Positions 27,028-36,886 of a stretch of 64,000 nt of DNA are shown piece by piece (position 1 is the first letter of the stretch; every line of letters starts with the position of its first letter). Origin of the DNA: Thermodesulfobacteriota bacterium (lineage in GTDB: Bacteria > Desulfobacterota_D > UBA1144 > Nemesobacterales > UBA2774); assembly GCA_021604765.1 (NCBI GenBank), contig BQJP01000007.1:26691-90690 (forward strand), given 5' to 3'. The position numbers and the translations under genes were made by a program. Under the pieces are notes generated by a model, which searched no databases, was not told the DNA's origin, and saw only the letters and a list, made by a program, of their open reading frames with translations.

Positions 27028-28278
27028 TTAGTTCTTGGTTGGGTCTGGATTCTTGGAATACAGGATATTTCCATTAACCATTAAGAGTTCAAGGTTTTCT
27101 TTATTAGAAGAGACGACTGAGAGGTAAGGATTTTTGGATTCATTCTTTGAATTTAGAAATATAAGATCAGCCTGTTTTCCAATATCAATGCTACCAATTT
27201 TATCTTCCAGAAATAGAGAAGAGGCTCCGCCGAGAGTAGCTGTATAAACTGCTTCAAATGAGGCTTCTTTTCCTAAAGCATCCGACCAGAGAAGATGAAG
27301 CACCCGAAACTCTTCGAAATAACTGAGGTTATAGTTACTGGAAAGTCCGTCTGTTCCCAAACCTACCCTTCTGAGTTTTGAATATTCTCTAAGGGGAGGC
27401 ACACCAACCTGGAGAAACAAATTGCTTCTCGGACATAAAACAATTCCAATATCCAGATCCCTTATTTCTTTGACTTCATCCGGTTTGACCTGAACCATGT
27501 GAATGGTTGTGACTTTAGTCTTATCAAAAAACCCATGACTTCTTAAGTATTCAAATGGAGTATCAGCCTGTTTTCGTTTAAATGACTTCTTATCAATTAG
27601 TGGAAAGACTTCATTTTCAATTTTATTGGCTTTTCTATTTACAAACTCAATCTCTTCTCTACTTTCAGCAAGATGTATACCGATCGGTCTTTTACTTTTC
27701 TTACAAGACTTTAGCACCTTCTCTAAAAGTTGTGGACTACAAGAATAGGGCGCATGAGGAAATAGTCTTTCCTCATAAAGAGGAGATGTCTTAAAATTAT
27801 CAAAATCCATTATTTCTTCTTTACTATCCACGGCTTCTCTAAAAAGCACAGTTCTAAGTCCTGATTTCTTCAATATTGGTATATCCAGACCATCATAAGA
27901 TGAAATTTCTCCTACTGTAGTTACTCCGCACTCTATCTGCGATTTTATTCCGTCTGATACAGAATCCTCTATTTCCTGATTGCTAACCCCCTCTCTCTTC
28001 GCACCGATTATTTGCTCAAGCCATTTTGTAAAACCTTTAAAGCTGCCAATTCGATTTCTAATCCATCCAAGCTCCAGATGTATGTGGGCATTTATAAAAC
28101 CTGGAAGAAGGATTCCATCTCCAAGATTGATTTGCTCGACCTTGTGATATCTTTTCTTAAGTTCGGACTGACTTCCTATATCTTTAATTTTTCCATCTTC
28201 AATATAAACAGCGCAATTCTTCAAAGGTTTTGAAGAGATAGGGAGTATTGTGCTCGCTGATATTAAGAACTTTTTCAT
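27028..28278 (-). CDS. Metal-dependent amidohydrolase (chlorohydrolase / aminodeoxyfutalosine deaminase-like)
   Basis: PGFINAHIHLELG, HLAES and GTDGLSSN motifs of the amidohydrolase superfamily. The specific aminofutalosine-deaminase assignment is inferred from family resemblance and the mqn genes in this window. Confidence 0.75.
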   Translation of the reverse strand: MKKFLISASTILPISSKPLKNCAVYIEDGKIKDIGSQSELKKRYHKVEQINLGDGILLPGFINAHIHLELGWIRNRIGSFKGFTKWLEQIIGAKREGVSNQEIEDSVSDGIKSQIECGVTTVGEISSYDGLDIPILKKSGLRTVLFREAVDSKEEIMDFDNFKTSPLYEERLFPHAPYSCSPQLLEKVLKSCKKSKRPIGIHLAESREEIEFVNRKANKIENEVFPLIDKKSFKRKQADTPFEYLRSHGFFDKTKVTTIHMVQVKPDEVKEIRDLDIGIVLCPRSNLFLQVGVPPLREYSKLRRVGLGTDGLSSNYNLSYFEEFRVLHLLWSDALGKEASFEAVYTATLGGASSLFLEDKIGSIDIGKQADLIFLNSKNESKNPYLSVVSSNKENLELLMVNGNILYSKNPDPTKN

Positions 28279-28306
28279 AATCTTCGAAAGGTTTTAGAAA
28301 GTTTGA

Positions 28307-29173
28307 TTAAAGATTTAGAGCTTCAATTCTTTTTAATATATCACTGCTTAAATTGCCTACTGCTACTTCTTCCACCGCTCCCCTCATTTTTATGGACCAG
28401 TCTTCTCTGATATTTATATCCAGCTCGCCTCCAGGCATTGAAACTGTAACACTGCCGTCAGTGAAACCATTTTTTACACATGCCGACGCTACCGCGCAAG
28501 AGCTGCTGCCGGAAGCAAGTGTATAACCAGCGCCACGTTCCCATATGAGTATTTCGACTTTGTTTCTGGATACAGGTTTTGCAAACTGGACATTTATACG
28601 ATTTGGGAAAAGTTCATGGGTCTCAAGTAAAGGGCCAAGTTTTCTGATTTGATCCTCGCTTAGCTCATCAACAAATACTACACAGTGAGGGTTTCCAACT
28701 GACACTGCTGTAATCTTTAATGATTCACCCCCAACGCTAATCTCCTCCTGAACCACCTCTCTCTTATCCCCAGCAACTGGTATCAAATTGCTTTGGAATA
28801 TAGCGTCCCCCATCTCAACTGTTACAAACGGAACTAAGCCATCATCTGTCTCAAGCTCTGCGGTAACAATCCCACCTAGAGTATCAATAGTGAATACCTC
28901 TTTATCACAATGACCGTGCTCAAATAAGTATTTGGCGAAAATTCTGAGTCCATTTCCGCTCTTCTCTGCTTCACTGCCGTCTGGGTTTAATATTCTCAAG
29001 CCAAAATCAGCTTTATCCGACGGGACTAAGAGAAGTATCCCGTCCGACCCTATACCATAGTTTCTATGACAAAGTAGTTGTATCACATCAGGTGTAAGTT
29101 CAAATGATATTTCAGATTGATTCATTACAAAATAATCATTTCCCAGTCCATGTGATTTAACAAATTGATCCAT
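28307..29173 (-). CDS. Diaminopimelate-epimerase (DapF) family protein lacking both catalytic cysteines
   Basis: The DapF motifs HGLGNDY, NPDGSEAEKSGNGLR, VGNPHCV and ERGAGYTLASGSSSCA are present. The positions equivalent to E. coli Cys73 and Cys217 are Ser72 (AGC, 28958-28960) and Ser221 (TCC, 28511-28513). Confidence 0.8.
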   Translation of the reverse strand: MDQFVKSHGLGNDYFVMNQSEISFELTPDVIQLLCHRNYGIGSDGILLLVPSDKADFGLRILNPDGSEAEKSGNGLRIFAKYLFEHGHCDKEVFTIDTLGGIVTAELETDDGLVPFVTVEMGDAIFQSNLIPVAGDKREVVQEEISVGGESLKITAVSVGNPHCVVFVDELSEDQIRKLGPLLETHELFPNRINVQFAKPVSRNKVEILIWERGAGYTLASGSSSCAVASACVKNGFTDGSVTVSMPGGELDINIREDWSIKMRGAVEEVAVGNLSSDILKRIEALNL

Positions 29174-29202
29174 AATTAAAAGTCCTCTTGTATGTGATTG
29201 AA

Positions 29203-29880
29203 TTATTCGAGAATTACCCTTGTGGTGTAACCCTGCTTCCTGAGCTTTGAAGCCGCCTTTCTGGCATCGTTTTTACTACTATAACGCCCTACTCTAACTC
29301 TATAATATTTTTTTCCTTTTACATTAACAGATTCAACCCTTACATCATTAAATTCGCGGTCCAGTACTCTCTTTGCATTGTTTGCACTACTCACATTACT
29401 ATATGAAGCAACTTGTACTGTGTACTCAGGTGTAAAATAATTTGAGGTTTTTGAAGACGGGGTTGAAACTACCTCCACCTTTACCCTAACTACCCCTTTC
29501 TGAACCATATCTATTGATGTAGCTGGAGCATGCGAGAGGTCAATGATGCGGTCCCCAACAAAAGGACCCCGATCATTAATTTTTACTATGACGTCTCTCC
29601 CGTTCTCTAAATTAGTAACCCTTACTACAGTTCCCATGGGAAGGGTTTTATGAGCCGCGGTGTAATCATGCTTACTGAACCGCTCACCACTAGCAGCATA
29701 ATTGTTGTGTTCTTCAATTCCATACCAAGAAGCGAGCCCAACCTGAGTAGAGCCTTCAATTGTATAACCGGGAGCTGAAGGGGGTTTTCGTTCAGGACTT
29801 GGATATGAGGTAGTGCTTTTTTTCCCGCATGCGAATACGACAGGAATAATGATTATTAAGAGTAGTGTTTTGACATTCAT
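29203..29880 (-). CDS. rlpA: Septal-ring lytic transglycosylase RlpA-family lipoprotein (DPBB + SPOR)
   Basis: Lipobox VVFAC. DPBB motifs ASWYG, TAAHKTLPMGT and NDRGPF. The C-terminal SPOR-like domain reads YTVQVASYS...YYRVRVGRYSS. Confidence 0.85.
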   Translation of the reverse strand: MNVKTLLLIIIIPVVFACGKKSTTSYPSPERKPPSAPGYTIEGSTQVGLASWYGIEEHNNYAASGERFSKHDYTAAHKTLPMGTVVRVTNLENGRDVIVKINDRGPFVGDRIIDLSHAPATSIDMVQKGVVRVKVEVVSTPSSKTSNYFTPEYTVQVASYSNVSSANNAKRVLDREFNDVRVESVNVKGKKYYRVRVGRYSSKNDARKAASKLRKQGYTTRVILE

Positions 29881-29944
29881 GTCATATGGATTTTAACACA
29901 GGAGTGTTATCTTCTAAAGATTACAAATCACATAGTGCTTGAAT

Positions 29945-30316
29945 TTAAGGTAACGATACTAATTCAACTTTGACTCTGACAACCCCTCTTCCGTTAAAAG
30001 CTATCGCCTCTGCTGCAGCAAGAGAGAGATCAAGTATACGTCCTTTTACAAAGGGGCCTCTATCATTAACCCTAACATAAACATCTTTACCATTTCTTAA
30101 ATTTATTACTCTGATAATTGTTCCGAAGGGGAGTTTTTTATGGGCTGCTGTGTAGCTATGTTTGTTAAAACGCACACCACTAGCGGTTTTTCTACCGTGA
30201 AACTTTCCCCCGTACCATGATGCTTTTCCGTACTGAGGATAATCCTCAACGGAACCGCTTGATAAAGGAAAGAATAAACTTAATATTATGACAAGTACTA
30301 TAGATTTCATATTCAC
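29945..30316 (-). CDS. RlpA-like DPBB-domain protein (short, no SPOR domain)
   Basis: Signal peptide, then [28 protein letters not shown] and NDRGPF. 123 aa. Confidence 0.8.
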   Translation of the reverse strand: MNMKSIVLVIILSLFFPLSSGSVEDYPQYGKASWYGGKFHGRKTASGVRFNKHSYTAAHKKLPFGTIIRVINLRNGKDVYVRVNDRGPFVKGRILDLSLAAAEAIAFNGRGVVRVKVELVSLP

Positions 30317-30361
30317 GAGACCCAGAATTTATCTACAAAGAAGTATTTTGGCTTATTTACC

Positions 30362-30389
30362 TTGAGATTGTCAAGGATTCACTTATATT
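30362..30389 (+). promoter_or_regulatory. Candidate sigma70-type promoter of alaC overlapping a palindrome
   Basis: TTGAGA (30362-30367), 16-nt spacer, TATATT (30384-30389), 25 nt before the ATG. The palindrome CCTTGA-gattg-TCAAGG (30360-30376) overlaps the -35 element. Confidence 0.25.
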
Positions 30390-30414
30390 ATCTCTAAATT
30401 AAAAAGGAATAACA

Positions 30415-31599
30415 ATGCCCCAAACACCAGAAGATTTTTCACTTATTAGGCGTCTGCCTCCATATGTTTTTAACATTGTAAACGAGCTCAAGACTAAGGC
30501 TCGCGCGCAAGGAGAAGATATAATTGACCTTGGAATGGGCAACCCCGATCAGCCGACTCCGGAACATATAGTCAGCAAATTAGTAGAGGCATCACATGAC
30601 CCCAGGGCACATAGATATTCAGCTTCCGCAGGAATACCAAAATTAAGATTGGCAATTTGTGACTGGTACAAGAGAAAATATGATGTAGACCTAGACCCGG
30701 AATCTGAAACTGTGGTCACAATTGGATCAAAAGAAGGTATCTCCCATCTGATGTTATCAATACTATCACCTGGAGACACCGTGATTGTACCTAATCCCGC
30801 ATATCCGATTCATATATACTCCGTAATCATTTCAAGAGGAGACGTTCAAAGCGTTCCGCTTTCCAGTGGATCTGAACTTTTAGAGTCAATTGAAAAATCA
30901 GTAAAAGAAATGTGGCCTAAGCCAAAAGTGCTCATGATTTCTTTCCCCAATAATCCAACGACTGAGACAGTGGATCTCGATTTTTTTAAGAGCATCTATG
31001 AGCTTGCTAAGGAAACAGGCCTGATTGTAGTGCATGACCTTGCTTATGCAGAGCTATGCTACGATGGATACGAGGCTCCGAGTTTTCTTCAAATCCCCGG
31101 GGCAAAAGAAGTAGGGGTCGAATTTTATTCTCTATCTAAAAGCTATAACATGCCAGGCTGGAGAATAGGATTTATGGTAGGAAACGCTAAGATAGTTTCC
31201 GCTCTGAAAAGAATAAAAAGCTATATGGACTACGGAATATTCACACCTGTACAAGTAGCCGGAATAGCAGCACTCAACGGTCCACAGGAATGCGTGGACG
31301 ACATTAGAGACCTTTATAAGCTTAGACGCGACAGGCTTGTTGAAGGATTAAACAGAACCGGGTGGCACATACCCAAGCCAAAGGGCACTATGTTCGTGTG
31401 GGGAGAAATACCTGAGGAGTTTAAAAGCATGGGATCTCTTGAATTCTCAAAGCGTTTAGTTGAGGAAGCCAAAGTAGCTGTTTCTCCTGGAGTAGGGTTT
31501 GGGAACTACGGTGAGGGCTTTGTAAGGTTTGCGCTGGTGGAAAATGAAAAAAGAATAATGCAGGCTGTGCGCGGTATAAGAAAATTTCTTAATAAATAG
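30415..31599 (+). CDS. alaC: Class I/II PLP aminotransferase, AlaC (glutamate-pyruvate aminotransferase)-like
   Basis: It is collinear with E. coli AlaC as I recall that sequence: [12 protein letters not shown]...[24 protein letters not shown] (the PLP lysine), and VRFALVEN. Confidence 0.8.
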   Translation: MPQTPEDFSLIRRLPPYVFNIVNELKTKARAQGEDIIDLGMGNPDQPTPEHIVSKLVEASHDPRAHRYSASAGIPKLRLAICDWYKRKYDVDLDPESETVVTIGSKEGISHLMLSILSPGDTVIVPNPAYPIHIYSVIISRGDVQSVPLSSGSELLESIEKSVKEMWPKPKVLMISFPNNPTTETVDLDFFKSIYELAKETGLIVVHDLAYAELCYDGYEAPSFLQIPGAKEVGVEFYSLSKSYNMPGWRIGFMVGNAKIVSALKRIKSYMDYGIFTPVQVAGIAALNGPQECVDDIRDLYKLRRDRLVEGLNRTGWHIPKPKGTMFVWGEIPEEFKSMGSLEFSKRLVEEAKVAVSPGVGFGNYGEGFVRFALVENEKRIMQAVRGIRKFLNK

Positions 31600-31629
31600 T
31601 GACAACAATAAACTCATCAGATATCAGAA

Positions 31630-32553
31630 TCAATTAACAAGCGGTGAGCAAGAGTATTCAAAATCAACCATCCCCGCCCCAAAGAAGTCTATTGTTACCA
31701 TGCCTGTTATCCGATTCCCAACAACAGTCTCAATATTAAAATCACCTGTGCCCATAGATTCAAATGTGTCACCTAATTCACTAACCTGACATGAAAAATC
31801 AAAACAACTCGACGCTAAGCAAACAAAGGGCGCAAAATATAAATCCAAATTACTACATAGAAAGGTATTACATATTTGTACCAACGCATCAGTTGGACAC
31901 TCTATATTATCTTCTAAAATTCTCGAATCACTAGATGCATCCAAACAAGGAATAGTGGGTGTTATATCATTTTTGACTCTAATAAAATCCACAGGCAAAT
32001 CTACCCTGGGAACGGATACTATGTTAATAGGAAATCCAGCTCCAGGTGGTGGTATCAGTGAAACAGAATCATTTATAACCACGCTTAATCTGTTATCAAA
32101 CTCTAGAACTGCTTCTATTGTTGTCCCAAACTGAGCCACAGCAAAGTTAGAAACTAAAACAATATGGTTTTCAAAATCAACATCTGGCAATTCAAGAACT
32201 GAGAAAATACAACTGTTTCTAAATCTTTGCCAATCTTTTCTAGTCTTGATAACTAACGCACTTTGTTCATAGGGACAAAAAGAGGGATCTGAATCGAAAC
32301 CCTGTGGTCGAATTGTTATCTTCGTAATATTATTTATGTCCAAAGACATCTGAAACCCTTCCATGTTTTGCTGATCAGAGATAACCTCTTCGACAGTTTG
32401 ATCAATTACTGTTGAGGTACTTCCATCTATATTGGAATCAAAACAAGGATTTGAGGAAGTCAGAAGATAGCAAGTATTTGCTTCCTGATTGCTACTACTA
32501 CATCCGCCATATAACAATAAAATTAAGAATGGGAGTATTAGTATTTTAGTCAT
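31630..32553 (-). CDS. Cys-rich hypothetical lipoprotein
   Basis: Lipobox LLLYGGCSS. At least a dozen further cysteines, clustered in the C-terminal third. No family recognised. Confidence 0.6.
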   Translation of the reverse strand: MTKILILPFLILLLYGGCSSSNQEANTCYLLTSSNPCFDSNIDGSTSTVIDQTVEEVISDQQNMEGFQMSLDINNITKITIRPQGFDSDPSFCPYEQSALVIKTRKDWQRFRNSCIFSVLELPDVDFENHIVLVSNFAVAQFGTTIEAVLEFDNRLSVVINDSVSLIPPPGAGFPINIVSVPRVDLPVDFIRVKNDITPTIPCLDASSDSRILEDNIECPTDALVQICNTFLCSNLDLYFAPFVCLASSCFDFSCQVSELGDTFESMGTGDFNIETVVGNRITGMVTIDFFGAGMVDFEYSCSPLVN

Positions 32554-32714
32554 ATGACTCTCTGGCTGCTTAATACCACCTTACCCTGATATTTATTTCT
32601 GATGTTAGCATACGGAATTTTCAATATCAAGACTTTTAACAAATTAGACAACTCTTTAACATTATTGACCGGACATTCAAATATGCTAATAATTTAGGGA
32701 GGTTATAGATTGAA

Positions 32715-35700
32715 TCAGTAATCAAAGTTAAAGAAGAGGTCGGCTCCCGACTCTTCGCCAATATCACTTTCCAGGGTTAAGAAATCAAAAAGCCTGTATT
32801 CTATAACAGCCCTATTGGCCGTTACAGTCGAAGAAGGGAGTCCGGGGCTAAAGAAATAACGTTCATAATAAAAGCGTTCATAGGAAAAACGCTCATAGCC
32901 GACATATAGGTCTTTAGTAATGTATTTACCTACTTCTACATGCGTATCCCTAAATCCTGTCTCTCCTCCCTTTATAGTTATTACATCAATGGCAAATTCC
33001 TCACCCAGCATCTCCCTTAACTCTCCCACGGCCATAGTGCCAAGCACCTGACCGGCTCTTTCTTGAAAAGCTAACCTGTCATCGGAGGAAAGATTGTCAG
33101 TAGAGGTTCCAAAAACTAGATAGGACACAATTTCATTCTCATCAAGGGGCGGATCACTTGTAAGCTGTATTTTGGGTTTTTCCGCTGTACCTGTGATATT
33201 GATGTAGACCTGAACACTCGAAACCTCATACAAAGCCCTTACATCCAAAAAGGGATTAACAACTTCTTTACCCCTAAAGCTAACTGTGCCCCCTTCAATG
33301 TTAAAAAGTTTGCCCATAAAATGGTATTCACCCCTGACCACATCGATACTGCCGCTTACAACATACATCTCACCGTAATTTTTCTTGACATTAAGCTTGC
33401 CTTCTACCTCAATATTTGCTCCGCTACCTTTAATCCAAGAATTGTTTGGTATATCTACATTGATATCCATAGCTATATGCTCTATAAAATAATCTTCCGG
33501 GCCTTTTCCTGTAAAGACAAATTCTTCTAGCCGGGCGCTTCGGTCGTCAACAAACTGTATGTTCTCTATATATTTCACTGGTTTTTCCGGAACAATCGCT
33601 TTGACTTCATTTGCCGTAATTTTACCGTCAATAAAAGCCTTAAATCCCTGACCTTTAATTTTGATATCCCCGTAAAGATTTGCTGTTACGTCATCAGGAT
33701 TTGATTTAACCAACATCCCATCCATTGTACCTTTAGCTGTATAAGTCAGATCTCTCAAATCTATCCTTCCGTCAAAAATACCCTTACCTTCGCCAGTGTT
33801 AATTATTACCGGTTGCAGTACTGCATATACACCGTCTAGGTCCATCACTGCATGGGAAATTTCCACATCATTACGAAGGGAATAAAGATCGCATTTAACA
33901 TCTTCCACTTCGATTTTTCCTGAAACATTTGGATTCTCGCCAGTTCCAAAAGCGCTTACATCAATCTTTAATTTTCCATCTATTTTTTGAAGCTCTGGGT
34001 TAAACGCGGCAAGCGGGCTAATATCTACGCCGTTTGAGCGAATATTGATATCAATGGTTCCTTTCTTATAGCTTTCTTGTAAATTAGAGGAACTTAGATC
34101 TATGTTAGCTTTTCCATTTGCCGTCAGTATTTTTTGAGCCTTATCATTTATGTCGAGGTTAAAATCCACACCGCTTTTAGATACGAGTAGATTTAATGAA
34201 AGCTCATCACTTGTGAAACTCATGAACTCCAGATTTTCAGCTTTAATATTAGTTTTTATATCAGGATATTTAAGAGAGGTGTCAAGATCTATCAGACCAG
34301 TTAGGTGTCCCTTCAAAGGGAAATATAGGTTTAATAACTGTGAGACATCTTCCAAATTTAATTGCTTTAACTCCAAAGAACCCTTAAGGCCACCATCATA
34401 ACTTAAATCAACAGCCCCGATAATATAGTTATCTTTATGATAAAGATTAAAAGAACTTACGCTAATACGGTCTTTAAATATGGATAACAAAACCGGCGTC
34501 TTGTTTTTTAACACCTCTTTTTGAAAATTGAGGTTAATATTACTTACCTCTATCTTACTTTCATTTTCATTTAGTTCCGTAAGCTTAAAATCCACTTTGT
34601 ATTTGGCATTCGAGGAACCTAGAACATTCAAGCTACCATCTATTATCTCACCTTTGCTGTCGGCTTTGAAACTGGCAGTTTTAATTCTCTGCCCATTAAT
34701 CTCAGCCCCCTTCATAGAGCCCTTGATATGCAGCTCAGGATTTTCATAACTAATAATGCTGTCTCCCGAAAACTCTAAATCTTTTATTATAAAACTGCCT
34801 ATTTCATCTGTGATATCAGATCCACTTGCAGTTAGAACAATTTTCGGCCTGGCGAAATCACCTTTTACATTGCCTTTAATTTTTAAAAATCCTTTAAGAT
34901 CCATATCGTCCGTAAAATTGGACAATACTCCAAGGTCAGATATATCCGCGCTATAATTTATCCCATTTGAACCTTCTTGGTTAATGGACCCGGACGCTTT
35001 AAATGTTGCGGAATCTGAATCTATAAGGAAAGACTTAATATTCAGTAAACCCTGGCTATAATTAGCTTGAACTTTCCCCTCTTTGATATTGAGACTTGAT
35101 ATAGTAGAAGGAAGAATGTTGCCATCAACAGACCCCTCGAAACCGTTAAGAAAATCCTCTTCAAATGGGATAGACCCTATAAGCTTGAGCTTGGAATTAA
35201 TGCTGCTTTTGAAATTATCATTCTTTAATAAGAAGGCCAGGTCTGTTTTAATAAAATTTGTATCAAGATCGTAATCAAGAGAAGAACCCTTAAGTCTTAT
35301 TGGACCGCTTAGGGTTAATTCTCCGACATCGCTGCCTATCAAGCTGAACCTAGATAAATCAAACAGAGCTTCCAGATCCTGATTTTTATTCCAACTCCCT
35401 GTTATGTTCAATGCTGCGTTTATATTTGCATCGAGAATTGCATTTACTTGCTCTTCTAATTCTTCACTCTCTTCTGTGGCCTCTTTTGTTTCAAACATCT
35501 CTAATATTCTCGAGGCGTTTAAGGAATCTATGGAGAGATTTATATTGAGATTATTGTTCTCTCCCTCTGCCATAATCTCTTCCAGATCCAAATCCCCTGA
35601 AAAAGATGCGCCACCAAAATCAGCACTTAGTGTCCCTCTTTTTAACTTTACTTCTGAGCCGTCGACACTAATGTCATCAATACCTCCGGTTATCTTTTTC

Positions 35701-36629
35701 CCCTTCAAGGTAGACTTGACCAGTTTAAGTTTTCCCTGAGCGGTAAGGTATCTATATTGTTCATAGTGCCCCTTAGCTTCTAACTCCATGTTGATATCGC
35801 CAATTCCATCATCCTTACCAATATCAACACCTTTAGCCTGGAGACTGAAATCCGGATGCTGTAAATTGGTAGCAACACCTTTTAAAGAAATTTCAGCCCC
35901 TCCGGTAATAAAGTTGAGACGCCTCAAATCAAATTTGTCTGTTTCTTTACCTTTACGATAGGTTGCTCTGCCGGTTATATCGTCCAGATACATGACATCA
36001 TCTTCAGATCCCTCAAACACTATGCCGAGGTTACTTTTTCTAAGTTGCATCTCGATTCTTTCGTCAATCTTAAACATCTTGATAGTTAGGTCTATCTTGT
36101 CTGATTTGAGATCTGTTATTTGCTTCTTAACCCGGTCATCTATTCTTATCTTAGCCTGAGACAGTATGGCATTGTGAATAAAGATATTCCACTCTGGAGA
36201 GTCCTCTTTATCCTTGGGCTCTTTCCATGCACCTAATTTTTCAAAATTCCAGGTCCGGTCTTCATTTTGTACGAGATTAATCTTAAGACCTGTTATAGAC
36301 ACTTCGTCTAGTGGGATAACTTTACTAAATAACATTGAGCTATCTAGCAAAAGAGGTAGGGAATAATCGATAAATATTTCATCAGTTTCGATGAAGGGCT
36401 GACCCTCAATTTCAAAAGATACATCCCTTAAGATGATCCCTCTAAGGATATCCCCCTCAATGCTGCCTATGATAAAACCTTGGCTTGTCAGGGAGCTAAC
36501 TACGGCATTAGTTGTAACCCTCAGAAATTGTTTGAAAATGTTTGACTGGACAGCAAAAAACATGAGCGCTGTTATGAGGGCTATAATTAACAGAAATATT
36601 AATATAGGTTTAAGTACTTTTGAGCGCAT
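32715..36629 (-). CDS. tamB: Translocation and assembly module protein TamB (DUF490 C-terminus)
   Basis: About 1300 aa with a single N-terminal TM anchor, a long beta-rich repetitive body and a DUF490-like C-terminus. The start is uncertain (ATG 36629 or GTG 36653). Confidence 0.8.
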   Translation of the reverse strand: MRSKVLKPILIFLLIIALITALMFFAVQSNIFKQFLRVTTNAVVSSLTSQGFIIGSIEGDILRGIILRDVSFEIEGQPFIETDEIFIDYSLPLLLDSSMLFSKVIPLDEVSITGLKINLVQNEDRTWNFEKLGAWKEPKDKEDSPEWNIFIHNAILSQAKIRIDDRVKKQITDLKSDKIDLTIKMFKIDERIEMQLRKSNLGIVFEGSEDDVMYLDDITGRATYRKGKETDKFDLRRLNFITGGAEISLKGVATNLQHPDFSLQAKGVDIGKDDGIGDINMELEAKGHYEQYRYLTAQGKLKLVKSTLKGKKITGGIDDISVDGSEVKLKRGTLSADFGGASFSGDLDLEEIMAEGENNNLNINLSIDSLNASRILEMFETKEATEESEELEEQVNAILDANINAALNITGSWNKNQDLEALFDLSRFSLIGSDVGELTLSGPIRLKGSSLDYDLDTNFIKTDLAFLLKNDNFKSSINSKLKLIGSIPFEEDFLNGFEGSVDGNILPSTISSLNIKEGKVQANYSQGLLNIKSFLIDSDSATFKASGSINQEGSNGINYSADISDLGVLSNFTDDMDLKGFLKIKGNVKGDFARPKIVLTASGSDITDEIGSFIIKDLEFSGDSIISYENPELHIKGSMKGAEINGQRIKTASFKADSKGEIIDGSLNVLGSSNAKYKVDFKLTELNENESKIEVSNINLNFQKEVLKNKTPVLLSIFKDRISVSSFNLYHKDNYIIGAVDLSYDGGLKGSLELKQLNLEDVSQLLNLYFPLKGHLTGLIDLDTSLKYPDIKTNIKAENLEFMSFTSDELSLNLLVSKSGVDFNLDINDKAQKILTANGKANIDLSSSNLQESYKKGTIDINIRSNGVDISPLAAFNPELQKIDGKLKIDVSAFGTGENPNVSGKIEVEDVKCDLYSLRNDVEISHAVMDLDGVYAVLQPVIINTGEGKGIFDGRIDLRDLTYTAKGTMDGMLVKSNPDDVTANLYGDIKIKGQGFKAFIDGKITANEVKAIVPEKPVKYIENIQFVDDRSARLEEFVFTGKGPEDYFIEHIAMDINVDIPNNSWIKGSGANIEVEGKLNVKKNYGEMYVVSGSIDVVRGEYHFMGKLFNIEGGTVSFRGKEVVNPFLDVRALYEVSSVQVYINITGTAEKPKIQLTSDPPLDENEIVSYLVFGTSTDNLSSDDRLAFQERAGQVLGTMAVGELREMLGEEFAIDVITIKGGETGFRDTHVEVGKYITKDLYVGYERFSYERFYYERYFFSPGLPSSTVTANRAVIEYRLFDFLTLESDIGEESGADLFFNFDY

Positions 36630-36825
36630 ATTATTATATTTCAAGTATAACACAACCCCATATAAACGGTATTAAGCATATTGTACTTGTTCTCGATAGA
36701 TCTTTTACTTAACTCCCTGAAATAGCTTTGTTTTTTTGTATATCTGCTTCTTATGAATTTAAATCGGAGGGTCTAATTGCGGCATGTTGGCAGATATTGG
36801 GTAAACTCACTTTATATGGCATTAC

Positions 36826-36854
36826 TTGCTAAGACAATAATGCTCAGATACTAT
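36826..36854 (+). promoter_or_regulatory. Candidate sigma70-type promoter of nuoG
   Basis: TTGCTA (36826-36831), 17-nt spacer, TACTAT (36849-36854), 32 nt upstream of the nuoG ATG. Confidence 0.3.
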
Positions 36855-36886
36855 TTTCAAAACTTTATTTTTATTGATAATTCTCC

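Noticed and set aside
32860-32910. Micro-repeat ERFSYERFYYERYFF near the TamB C-terminus.
   Set aside because: It is a short in-frame triplication of about 15 nt within a beta-rich region, probably trivial slippage. I can infer no functional implication from it.
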